DNA of 63,948 nucleotides, counting the filler, from Octopus bimaculoides (lineage: Eukaryota), in assembly GCF_001194135.2 (NCBI RefSeq). It is 8 parts of 7 records of this genome, joined end to end, with 100 filler letters (N's around TTAATTAATTAA, not from the genome) between each part and the next. Parts side by side here need not be neighbours in the genome. Positions count along the whole stretch, not along the records: positions 1 to 26,561 come from NC_069000.1; 7 more parts are not named here. One strand, given 5' to 3'. The notes under the pieces were generated by a model. The model did no database searches and had not been told where the DNA came from. It saw only the letters and a program-made list of their open reading frames with translations. Both the position numbers and the translations under genes were made by a program. How positions within the stretch are numbered: the stretch's first letter is position 1; every line of letters begins with the position of its first letter. Shown here piece by piece: positions 1 to 10,516 of the stretch.

Positions 1-898
1 TAATCAGCCCTTTTTAGGACCTTTGAAATTTAAAACTATAAAATCAGCATTTTTTTATTCTAAAGCAAAACGAAGAAAAAAAGACCTGTAGTTTTTAGGT
101 TCTAAAGTTCTCAAAAAGGCCAAAAATACTGATTTTATAGTTTTGACACTTTTTAACCCTTTAGGGAATTCTCATGGCTTTGAGAAGATGTGAGGGCTTT
201 TCTTCCAGAAAGCACAGAACTGGGAGAAAAGCAAAATTAACTGAGGTGGTCAAAAGAGAAAATATTGAAAGTGGAAAAAATAAATGGAAGGAAAAAAGTT
301 GGTAAATATTTTGGTGTGAATGCAAATAGCTGTTACATGGTAGCAGGGCATGCTAGAAGTAGTAGCCAAATCTTTCCTTTTCTGGGAAAAGGAGCCGTTT
401 ACGTGTGATTTCGATGTCAAATTCTTTGAAAGCATGCAAAATAACCTGGAAAAGAAAATAAAGACTTGCGAAACAAAACTCCCTTGGTGGGAAACTTTGA
501 GGTCCCCACCACCCCTCCCACCCCTCCCACCTTTCTTTTCCAGAAAAAAGTGGCTTGTGGCAGGTTTGGAGGTCAGATACATTGAATGTGCCCGAAAAAA
601 CTGTGGGGAAAAAATTATTCCACACCGAGGTATGAAATATTTACCAAAAGAATAAAATCTTGTACTGATTATACCTGTATTTTAATTAATTCAAATTAAT
701 GTACCTCATCTTGAAAAGTGCTTATATTTTTGTCGGTTGCCATCTAGGATAATTTTAGTTACAAATCAAACAGGTAAGATGCATTCAAAATTTTAATTTT
801 AGGTTTTATCCATAATGTTATTGCTTGTTTCACCTCATCTCAACAAGCACTTCTAATCCATAATAAAGGGATTATTGAAACTTTTCCAACTTAGAGTA

Positions 899-2050
899 TA
901 CAAGGTAGTATCAAAAAATTGCAGGATTTGTTGTGTTTGATAAAAAGTAACTTATTTATCTAGGTTTTAACATCATCTCCTTCGGAATAGTCCCCTTATG
1001 CAGTAATACACCATCCCAGTGTACCCACCATTTTTGGAATCCAGCCTGGAAGTCGTTTTCTGTAAGTGAGTCAAGGATTTTCTGCAATTCACTCTAGATC
1101 TTGACCACATGGAAATTTGCAGGTGGTAAATTTGGTGAATAGGGCAGGTGTGGAAGCAATACCATGTTTTTGATGAGAAACTCACAATTGGGGAGAGCTT
1201 GGTGACAGGGTGCATTGTCGTTGTGAAGAGTCCAACTCTTCGTGCTCCACAGATCCAGTCGATTTTGCCAAATATCCTCCCTCAAACACTTCAAAATCAT
1301 TGCAGTAGAATTCTTGATTGATCATCTGGCCCTGGGGGATGAATTCTCAATGCACAATACCATGGATATCGAAGAAAACAATGAGCATGCTCTTGATTGG
1401 GCTGTGGTTCTGTTGTTCCTTCTTTAGTCATGAAGATGAAGGGCTCTTCCATTGTGATGACTGCTATTTCGTCTCAGAGTCGTACCCGTAGACCCAGCTC
1501 TTGTCACTGGTGATGAACCTTGACATGAAGGATGAATAATCAGCAGCACGCTGACAGAATCTTGACAGACTCCAACATGATGTTCTTTCTGCTCAGTGGT
1601 CAACAGGCAGGGGATAAACTTAGCAGACATGCCACATGCTCAATTCAGATGTTAGGATTGCCTGCATGAACCCATACGACAGACCAACAACATCAGCAAT
1701 GTTGTTGACTGTCCTCCAGTGATACTCATGCACAAGCTGATGAATTTTCCCCACATTTCCAGAGGTGACACTCATGGCAGATCTTCCAGATCACTCATCT
1801 TCTTCCAGGGATGTTCTTCCACTTTTGAAGTACTCTTTCCACTCGAAACATTGTGTACGACCCATTGCCTTACCACTGTAAGCTTGCCGAAGAATGCTCA
1901 ATGCCTCTATAACAGACTTCTCAAGTATAAGGTAAAATTTCACATTGGTTCTTTGTTCCAACTTCTTGTCCATGACAAAATCACAAACTATAGCATACAG
2001 GTGATCACAAAAAACAAATTTCACAACTTGCGAAATAAAAACAGTTGTGC
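899..2050 (-). mobile_element. Degenerate mariner (Tc1/mariner) DNA transposon with broken transposase
   Basis: Minus-strand ORF pieces give MDKKLEQRTNVKF..RQAYSGKAMGRTQCFEW..FKSGRTSLEEDE (HTH), WTLHNDNAPCH and HLPYSPNLPPANF (HPPYSPDLAP-like). A TA-flanked terminus TACAAGGTAGTATCAAAAAATTGCAGG lies at 899; the opposite TIR was not found. Confidence 0.85.
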
Positions 2051-3026
2051 CATACTTGCACCTATAAAAGAAAATATATTGGTGAATATTGTGGTGTAAC
2101 AGGAAACTTCCAATTCAAGGTGGCCATAGGCAGCCAACTTAACTAAGAGGATCTTGTGTCAGACACAAAATTTTATTTATGCCAAGTACTAAAGAATAAG
2201 GGACCATGAGCAAGTACTAAGGAACCATGAGCAAATAACATAGAATAAGTCTCCAGGAGATCTGAAAGTATACAAGGGATTGCTGAGAAGAGAGAAAGAG
2301 AGACTAAAAGTAATGAAGGAGGCGATTAACTACTACTTCTGTCAACATTTGTAAGGGTGATGTGTTGGCAGAGTTTTCTTGGAACATGTTTCCTTCACAG
2401 GATAATGGAAAGAAAAACTCATTAAAACCAGTTACTTTGTTGGGCTGGAGCTTTACTGAAATAAAACAATCATCAATACACTTTCTTATTCAATTAGTAT
2501 TCAGTCACATTTGTACTCTCTCCACTTATATAGTCATTCATACATACATCAAACCAATGAAAGAGCCTCAATGTGGCCCCTTGACCTTCTAAAAATAGCA
2601 GCTAAAGCATTTCAAATTACATCCTATTCTATACAAAAACAGGAAACATCAGCTAATGTAGTTCTATATAACCCAAAAAGATGGGATGACCATAGTTGAC
2701 CTACCTTTCACCATGCATCTGATAAACTAGGGGTGACCTGTAGATTAAATAATAGCAACAACATAGATCTGAATTTATCTGCAAATCTACTTTCATTCTA
2801 GACTAATTCCATCTTATAAAGGCCAGTCTGTCACGTAATATAATTTAGTATATATTTCAAGAAGAGTAAAGTATGTACAATGAGTAGAAGATACTTCACC
2901 ACATAATAAGGAAAGGCCCAACTATTATTATAGAGTTTGAATTTTATATATTTCAGGAGAGAGTGCTTTGTGTAGTAAGCAGAGGCACTTCACCACACAA
3001 TAAAGGTTACTCTGTTAGCATATACC

Positions 3027-3437
3027 CTTTTACTTGTTTCAGTCATTTGACTGCGGCCATGCTGGAGCACCACCTTTAGTCGAGCAAATCGACTCCAGGA
3101 CTTATATTTTGGAAGCCTAGTACTTATTCTATCAGTCTCTTTTGCCGAACCGCTAAGTTACGGGTACGTAAACACACCAGCATCGGTTGTCAAGCGATGT
3201 TGGGGGGACAAACACAGACACACAAACATATTCACACACACACATACATACTTATATATATATACATATATACGATGGGCTTCTTTCAGTTTCTGTCTAC
3301 CAAATCTACTCACAAGGCTTTGGTTGGCCCAAGGCTATAGTAGAAGACAGTTGCCCAAGGTGCCACGCAGTGGGAATGAACCCGGAACCATGTGGTTGGT
3401 AAGCAAGCTACTTACCACACAGCCACTCCTGTGCCTA
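3027..3437 (-). mobile_element. tRNA-derived SINE, family A (full length, with internal microsatellite)
   Basis: Sense head GGCACAGGAGTGGCTGTGTGGTAAG..GGTTCATTCCC (A/B-box-like) and tail GGTGCTCCAGCATGGCCGCAGTCAAATGACTGAAACAAGTAAAAG. Many copies occur in the window. Confidence 0.85.
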
Positions 3438-3444
3438 TGAATAA

Positions 3445-3692
3445 AAATAAACTGGGCTTATTATTTACATTCGATAGATATTTGTCCTCATCTTGTTTGT
3501 TGTTAACACAACCTTTCGACTAATATACCCTCCAGCCTTTCTTCAGATGTCTTGGGGAAATTTCGAACTTGGGTTCTCCCTAAGGTATTTTTCGATGTTA
3601 TTATTATTGTTGTTGTTGTTGTTCAGGTCCCCACTTGGAATCGAACTCGGAATCTTGGGGTTAGTAGCCCGCGCTCTTAACCACTACGCCAT
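3445..3692 (-). mobile_element. SINE-like element: tRNA-like Pol III head + (AAC/AAT)n + hammerhead-containing tail
   Basis: A box TGGCGTAGTGG (3691-3681), B box AGTTCGATTCC (3647-3637), microsatellite, then CTGAAGA..GAAA hammerhead-like core at 3546-3514. Confidence 0.7.
3506..3550 (-). ncRNA. Minimal type I hammerhead ribozyme motif (slightly decayed)
   Basis: ACAT-CTGAAGA-AA-GGCTG(GAGGGTATAT)TAGTC-GAAAG-GTT-GTGT. Stem I ACAT/GTGT and stem II GGCTG/TAGTC pair; the C after GAAA is a G, which breaks stem III. Confidence 0.5.
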
Positions 3693-4387
3693 ATAGTAAA
3701 AATTGTTATATATTTCAGAAGGTTGGGAAGGTATTGTGGAAGTCAAGTGTTTGGTAAGTGGAGAGAAGGTAACTATTGAAGAATGGCTCAACTATTTTTA
3801 TACAATATAATTTAATATTTCAGAAATGAGTATGTGTTATGTCAAACATAGATGTTATAAGTGAAAGGACCTTAACTACACAAGTAGTACACTTGTGTGC
3901 ATTACACAAGCAGAAAGACTGCCCTCCAAGCAGTTTTCTGCTAGTTGCTAAATGATATTTACTCGTTTTATTTTCAATTTGTGTAATTTTGCCTTTTGTA
4001 TTAGTTCAGAAGTATCCACTCACTCAGTAAATGAATTTAGGGCATAACTACAGAAGCATACCTCCTTGATTTTGTTTCCTCACAACTTTCTGAAAAATGG
4101 ATATGTTTTAAGGAAATTTTCTACAAAGAACTTTCAGTTGATGTAGAATATGTTAATATCAAAATTCAATGCAGAAAAAATGGGGAGGGGAGGGCAGATA
4201 TTTCATGCATCTAGACTTTGTTTCCTCATATGTTTTGGTGATGTAAAATACAATTATGTTGAAAAAAAATTACTGTTGAGACCTGTGTGATTCTTGCTAT
4301 TTCTAGCATATGAAATTACCATGTAGAGGATAAGACTTCAGTAAAATAATGATAAAAATATGCTTTTAATAATTAGTGTTATCAAAA

Positions 4388-4735
4388 AGGTGGCGAGCTG
4401 GTAAAATCGTTAGCACGAAAAATAAGTAGCAGTTGAACACTGAGGTTGATATAATTGGCTTAGCCCCTCCCCCAAAGCTGTTGGCCTTGAGCCAAAATTT
4501 GAAATTAGTAATTAATGTAAGCTTTAAGGTGGCGAGCTGGCAGATCATTACTGCACAAGCCAGAGAAAGGTTTAGTGGCATTTCATCTGTCTTTACATTC
4601 AGAATTCAAATACGGCTGAGTTCAACTTAGCCTTAGATTCTTTGGGGGTTGATAAAATGAGTACCAGTTGAGTACTCGATGTAATTGACTTGCCTCCTCC
4701 CTTGAAATTGCTGGCCTTGTGCCAAAATTTGAAAC
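4388..4735 (+). mobile_element. Two tandem copies of SINE family B (Meta/MESC-like core), the first internally deleted
   Basis: GGTGGCGAGCTGG starts at ~4388 and ~4527; core GCCTTAGATTCTTTGGGGGTTGATAAAATGAGTACCAG; shared tail GGCCTTG.GCCAAAATTTGAAA. The core family name is from recollection. Confidence 0.7.
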
Positions 4736-4865
4736 TAACAATTAGTGTTAGCATTGTACTCTCCTTTCTTCAAAGTTTTCTTTCTGACAAGTTTTAGGAA
4801 AGGGTAAAATAAATATTCTTTTACATAAATTTTCTTTGAGAAAAATTATTATTTTTTTTTTTTGG

Positions 4866-5000
4866 TGGCACAGGAGTGGCTGTGTGGTAAGAAGCTTGCT
4901 TCCCAACCACATGCTTCTGGGTTCAGTTCCACTGCATGGCACCTTGGGCAAGTGTCTTCTACTATAGCTTTGGGCTGACCAAAGCTTTGTGAGTATATTG
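4866..5000 (+). mobile_element. SINE family A 5' half, truncated at the next element
   Basis: GGCACAGGAGTGGCTGTGTGGTAAGAAGCTTGC..GGCACCTTGGGCAAGTGTCTTCTACTATAGC matches the 3027-3437 copy. Confidence 0.8.
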
Positions 5001-5003
5001 TAT

Positions 5004-6085
5004 TAGGGTGGCCTTTATTTTCAACTTTCTAAAAGTTTAGCTTCCACTTCCATATCTTATTCCAATTAACAAAAAACAAATCTATGCAAAATTTTAGCTC
5101 AAGCAGACAACTGCAAAGCAACCCTCAAAGACTGTGAAATTTTGAAGTTTCTGCTCAGAAAGTCATATTTTTAGATAAAAAATTTTTATCTTTTATATAA
5201 TTTTCTCTTAAATTAAAAACTTGTTCAGACTTATTCTTGGTATAAGAAAGATAAGTGACAATAAATATAATGGGAAAGGCAACTTGCAAAGCTGGGGACA
5301 GAGCACAGGTATAGGGCAAGTACTTATTTCTCGCCATCATCCAGTCAGCAGCCAGCCATGAATGAGTGAGGTTGTGAGCTGCGTTCGTCCATTGAAAGAA
5401 TTGTACTGTACCTAATGGTAGTGTAGAGAAGTAAAATATTAAGGAATATATGTTAGTGATAAACAGTGAACTGATATGACTTGTCCATGTTTGTAAATAT
5501 AAGTTAATTTATTTGTAATAACTTGTAAGCACTCGTTCATTTTGTTGTGGGGTATTATGATATAGATCTTCCCCTGTTGTGTTGGTAGCCCTGACAAACT
5601 TGTAAATTCCATGTTTATAACTTCTACGTTTTTATAATGTTATGTGCTTTGTATACTTATTTTGTGACCAAATATGATGCCTTTGATGACTAATTCTTTC
5701 TTTTTTCAGAACTGTTTATGCAGGTGCGAAGTTGCTTCTGTGACGTGTTCTTCCCAGACCTGTGAAATGACATCATCTTCTTCAGGTAGTTCACCACACG
5801 AGTTAAGAAAAGATTTTCATGTGACTCTTGTTGGTTCCAATTCCAATCAAATTGTAGGAGCCAAACTACCCTCGAATTGGCAAGTTTTAAAAGTATTTTT
5901 CTACAATGTATAAGTTGTAAATCTTACAATGAAAGAAAGTACAACATTAGTAATTCGAGAAGTTTACATTCTTTAGCAAAAAGCAAACTCTATGATGAAT
6001 GGAAAGGTTTACAGAAAAAATTTACTAGAACTGCAAGCAAGGAAAAAGAAAAAAGAGAACTTTTTGTGGAAATGATGGAATTGTT
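5004..6085 (+). mobile_element. hATm-like DNA transposon 5' portion with pseudogenised transposase N-terminus
   Basis: Terminus TAGGGTG at 5004. Reading through stops from ~5815 gives FHVTLVGSNSNQIVGAKLPSNWQVLKVFFYNV*VVNLTMKESTTLVIREVYIL*QKA, then KLYDEWKGLQKK..KEKEKRELF, resembling the LPSxxQVL..FYN..LVIRE..FWEKA N-terminus I recall from hATm-type transposases. Confidence 0.6.
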
Positions 6086-6089
6086 GGGA

Positions 6090-6620
6090 GTCCTTGAAAT
6101 TCCAACATCTTTCTTTCTTCCTCTCATTATCTCTTCCTGTCTTCATTTTGACCTATCTTCTCATTCTACTCATACACATCTCCCCCACCACCCCATCTAT
6201 CCACAAATACTACCAATACATTCTCAAATTTTCATTCACACCACAAAACCCCTTTGAATGAGTAACACAGAATCCAGGCTCCATACTTAGAAATGATTAA
6301 ACATGAACTACTATTGGAACTTACATACCATGTACAGGAAACTTTTTTACCACTTCTATACACCACTTTACTTGAATAATGGAACTGCAACTACAATGTT
6401 TTATATTTTATTTCTACTTTCATTCTCTTACTTCCCTCTATATTCCCTATCTCCTCCTTTTCCACAATAATTCCTTATTTCGAACTCAAACATTTACCTC
6501 TATTTAGTCATCTCACATCATTTCTGATGAAGGGATATCAATAATATCCCAGAAACAGTTGTAAGACTATATCTCTTTCCTTATAAATATCCTGAAAACT
6601 TCTCTTGTCTAACACACACA
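6090..6620 (+). mobile_element. Probable Penelope-like element 3' / non-coding tail
   Basis: C/T-rich segment ending in a hammerhead motif (6521-6566), a known hallmark of Penelope-like element repeats. Confidence 0.5.
6521..6566 (+). ncRNA. Minimal type I hammerhead ribozyme motif
   Basis: TTT-CTGATGA-A-GGGATAT(CAATA)ATATCCC-A-GAAAC-AGTT-GTA-AGA: intact CUGAUGA/GAAA core, perfect 7-bp stem II, near-palindromic stem III and GUA cleavage triplet. Confidence 0.7.
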
Positions 6621-6660
6621 CACATACACACTCATACACACACACACTAGCTGAATTATC

Positions 6661-8941
6661 CAGTATGAACCGGAAAAGTTGTAACATGGGTTGTTTTGCT
6701 TTCTAATAAGTGAGAATTTGTCAGAAAGCCTCCAGGAAAGCGAAGCAACACACATTACATGACAAAAACAGTGAAGTTTGGAGGTAAGAGTCTGATGCCT
6801 TTGGGATAGTTGGTTAAAATTGATGGTAACTTGAATAGTACCAATTATTAGGTTGTTTCACATAAAATGTCGCATTTTTAATTGCTTGTTATTTCAGTCA
6901 TTTATTTAAAAACTCAACTATGTCTACCTTGCATTTAATCTTGACTCTTTTTCTTTCCCAACAATACTGGTATACAAAATTTGTACCCACAGAAAATGAT
7001 AACAAGCAAACTATGTTGAGTGATTTTCTCGTATGAGTACAAACTGGGTCACTCTGCTGCAGAAGCTCTACGAAATATCAAGTAGGACTTTGGTAATGGT
7101 TTTGTTGACATCAGAACTGTTCAGAGATGGTTCCAAAGCTCTTGTTTAGGAGATGATAACCTTGAAAATAAACCAAGGGGTAGGCTAAAACCAGTTATTT
7201 GGCATGATGGATTAAATGCTTTGGTTGAAGAAAATCCAAGAACAAAGGTTCGAAGACTTTCATCAGAACTCCAAACATCTCGCACAACTGTTTTTGGACA
7301 CCTGTAAAAAATTGGAAAAGTCAAGAAAACGGATAGGTTTGTTCCACATCAACTGAACAAGATAAAAAAAAAACAGATACCTCGACATGTGCTCCTTATT
7401 GCTTTCTCGACTGGAAAAAGACCATTTTTGCATCAAATCATTACTTGTGATGAAAAATGGATACTCTTTGACAACAGCAGGTGAACAGGACAGTGATTAG
7501 ATACAGGAGTGTCACCTAAACACTACCCAAACCCACCATTGCACCCTAAAATGTTAGTGGTCACTGTATGGTGGTCTGTAAAGGGAGTTATTCATTATTC
7601 ATTTTTGCAACAAGGAAAAACGGTAACAGCAACATTGTATTGCCAGGAAATTGATTGTATGCATGAGAATTTGAAAAAGAAGCAACCCAGACTAGTGAAT
7701 AGAGATAGCCCAATTTTGCTCCACGACAATGCAAAGTCCTCACACTCCTCAAGCTGTGGTCCAAAAGTTGCAAAGTCTGAATTATGAGATTTTGCAACAT
7801 CTTCCCTATTCCCCTGATATCTCTCCTACTGATCATCACTTATTTAAGCATTTTTAGCTTTTCATAAGCAATGAAACATTCTTAAATAGAGAAGAGGTAA
7901 TTGAAGCATTCAGACAGTTTATCACAGCAAAAAATGAATTTTTTTTAAAGATGGAATATATGACATTGGGCAAACATCATAAATGAACATGGATCATACT
8001 TTGATTAAATAAATCAGTTCTCTAACACTTCTGAAACATTTTATTGTTACCTTTCAAATATGACATTCCATGTGAAACAACTTAATATATCCAATGCTGA
8101 AGGACAATTTGATACCAGACATGGATGAAGGTGAGATTTTCCAGTATGACAGAGCTCCATGCCACAGATCGTGTGCAACACAATAGAGTCTGGCTGATGA
8201 AGGTGTTACCGTATTTGATCAGCTCAGAGCCCTGACTTAAATATCATCAAGTAAATATGGACAGAACTAAAGACAAGAGTTTGTCAGAAGAATCCACATA
8301 ATCTAGAAGAGTTGTGGGAACTCAACAGCAGAGAATGACATCTCATACCTGTGAAGATGGTGATAGATTTGTATGCATCTCTTCCCAGGTGCATTGAAAT
8401 AGCTTGTTGTGTGAGGGAACTGTAATGCTGGGAAATAAGAATCAATTCACCTACCTTCTTGTCGTTTTGCTGTCCAGCTCAAATGAAAACTTGCACCCAG
8501 CCCCCACATCCATCGATAGCAGCAACTAGTACCTGTCCCTATCAGTTTGCTTGTCACGTCTGTTCGTCATGAGCATGCAAAGCAAAAGAGGATGACCATG
8601 GTCTTCTTTCCTTTACTTCCTCTATCACCCTTCCTGTTCCAGTCAAGCCCCTTGTCCGTTGAGGTCACAACCCTTTCCTTCCAACTCATCTCATCTCCAC
8701 AAACTTGACTGGTTTATGTAAGGTGGCTGAAAACTTTTGCACGGCCATTTTTGGTGGTCGTCTCGCATTTTCCTCTCTCATTCAGAACCCATACTACAAA
8801 ATATAAGGATTAGGTATGGAAATGACTCTAACAGGGTCAATGTTTCATCTGTAAAAAACGCAATGCAAAACATCCACTTATAAGTTGGAAATTAGTAGAA
8901 ATTTACAACAGTTCAAAGTGGAAGACTTTTCCGCGGTACTG
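6661..8941 (+). mobile_element. Degenerate, 5'-deleted Tc1-like element split by a nested mariner
   Basis: KTVKFGGKSLM..LVKIDGNLNSTNY before 6847 continues after 8087 as ..MLKDNLIPDMDEGEIFQYDRAPCH..SPDLNII..WTELKTRVCQKNPHNLEELWE. Right end ACTTTTCCGCGGTACTG; the left end match is only partial. Confidence 0.7.
6848..8085 (+). mobile_element. Full-length (1238 bp) mariner, Hsmar1/cecropia-like, inactive transposase
   Basis: TIRs TTAGGTTGTTTCACATAAAATGTCGCATTT / AAATATGACATTCCATGTGAAACAACTTAA with TA on both sides. Broken ORF 6996-8008 has TCDEKWILFDN, TVWWSVKGVIHY, LLHDNAK and PYSPDISPTD. Confidence 0.92.
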
Positions 8942-8971
8942 TGTATATATAAATGTATGTATGTATGTATG

Positions 8972-9010
<39 letters not shown>

Positions 9011-9183
9011 CTTTTACTTGCTTCTGTCATTAGACTGTGACCATGATGAGGCACCGCCTTGAAGAATTTTTAGTCGAATAAATCAACCCCAATACTTACT
9101 TTTTGTTAAGCCTGATACTTATTCTATTGCTGAACCGCTGAGTTAGGGAAATGTAAACACACCAACAGCAGTTGTCAAGCAGT
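9011..9183 (-). mobile_element. SINE family A 3' portion
   Basis: CTTTTACTTGCTTCTGTCATTAGACTGTGACCATG..GCTGAACCGCTGAG..GTTGTCAAGC matches the family A tail. Confidence 0.75.
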
Positions 9184-9224
9184 AGATCTGGCAGACAGAA
9201 ACTGAAAGAATCCTGTTGTATATA

Positions 9225-10494
9225 TCTATACATATATAAATGGCAATCTGTTTGGTTGTGTCAAGTTACTGTCTACACCCATTAACAAATCTTCATGAAA
9301 CTTTGCATACATGTTAAACCAACATCCAGTTTATTACTGGGCTCATTGCAGTTTAATAAAAAATCTATAATTGGACAGCTAGGGCCCCTAGAAGAGGGGT
9401 CCAAATATAACCCATCTACTTTCTTTTAATGGCCAAGAGGAAATAACCCATTCATTTTTCTTTAATTTTCTCTTTTGCCCACTGGTCATTTCTCCCTCCA
9501 TTTATTAGAGAAGCAATATCATTAGAGTGACTGGTTGCCAGTGGTTACATTGTATAAATGTGTGTGCATTCTACATTACGTGGACGTCCTTACAAGAAGT
9601 TGTCAGACAAGGTCTATGAGTTCAGTATCAATTTAACCCGTCCTAAGTCAATATATAAATTTAATGACATTTCATAGACCTACCTAAGATCTTTCATTTA
9701 AAACAAATTTGAGTAAAATTAGACCATGGGTTATGGAGATATCAATATCACAACTTATTTGCAAATTTTACCATTAACATACTGTTTCCATGGCAACCAT
9801 GCAAAAAATTCTCAAAATATTACATTTTATTTGGTATAAATCAAGTTGAGTATGTTTATTTCTTAGTATTTGAACTGTAAGGGTTATTTTTGCACTTTAC
9901 CCAGAACAACCCTTAAACAAGTAAACATATTTTCAACAATAGATCCACCTATTTCGAATATACCATGAATGAAGCTGCTTTGATGTCACTTCAGCCAAGT
10001 CTACTAAATGTCAGTCTGTTTCTACAGTCATTGTAAATTTATTTCAACACCAGCCCTCCTCAGGGTTATATTCTCTGGGAACACACAAAAGCCCTTTTCA
10101 GATTTACTTATCTCATATCTAATTTACCTGTTATTATGTAACATGCTTTACGATTTTGATATACATACCTTTTTGGTATTTCCTCCCAAGTTCTATATAC
10201 TCTGGGAATGCATTAAAGCCCTTTTCAGGGCTACTTTATTTGAATTGTTACTATCGGTGACTAATTTGCAAGTTATTACGTAACTGACTCCACAATTTTG
10301 GTATTCATAACTTATTGGGATTTCCTAAAAGCAAGATCCTATGTAAGATGGTTTGGTATTCTCTGTAAATCCACAAAAACCATTTCAAGGGATACACACT
10401 TTGTATTGTTGCTATTGGATTAGTGAAACAATTATGAGAATGGGACCAAGGGATACACCCTGCTCTTCTGAGAATTACCAGGTATGTCAGCTAG
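9225..10494 (+). mobile_element. Non-autonomous Helitron
   Basis: A|TC 5' start and CTAG|T 3' end. 10005-10494 aligns by eye with 39595-40095, the 3' end of the helicase-coding Helitron. Confidence 0.65.
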
Positions 10495-10516
10495 TATATA
10501 TATATTTATATATCTA

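Larger units (their letters stand above)
2840..3870. repeat. Old ~100-bp degenerate minisatellite (about 4 units) interrupted by two SINEs
   Basis: Recurring ATATTTCA(A/G) anchor near 2848, 2948, 3710 and 3816, with shared CTTCACCACA.AATAA.G and AACTATT.TTATA blocks. Confidence 0.35.

Noticed and set aside
250-655. ORF 350-655 and a weak pogo/Brinker-like KILKVEKINGRKKVGKYFGVN reading
   Set aside because: No convincing family motif; only the splice-site-bounded part is kept as a low-confidence finding.
3620-3692. tRNA gene calls here and at 27735-27810 and 4866-4940
   Set aside because: A and B boxes are present but I could not fold a full cloverleaf, and each continues into a SINE body.
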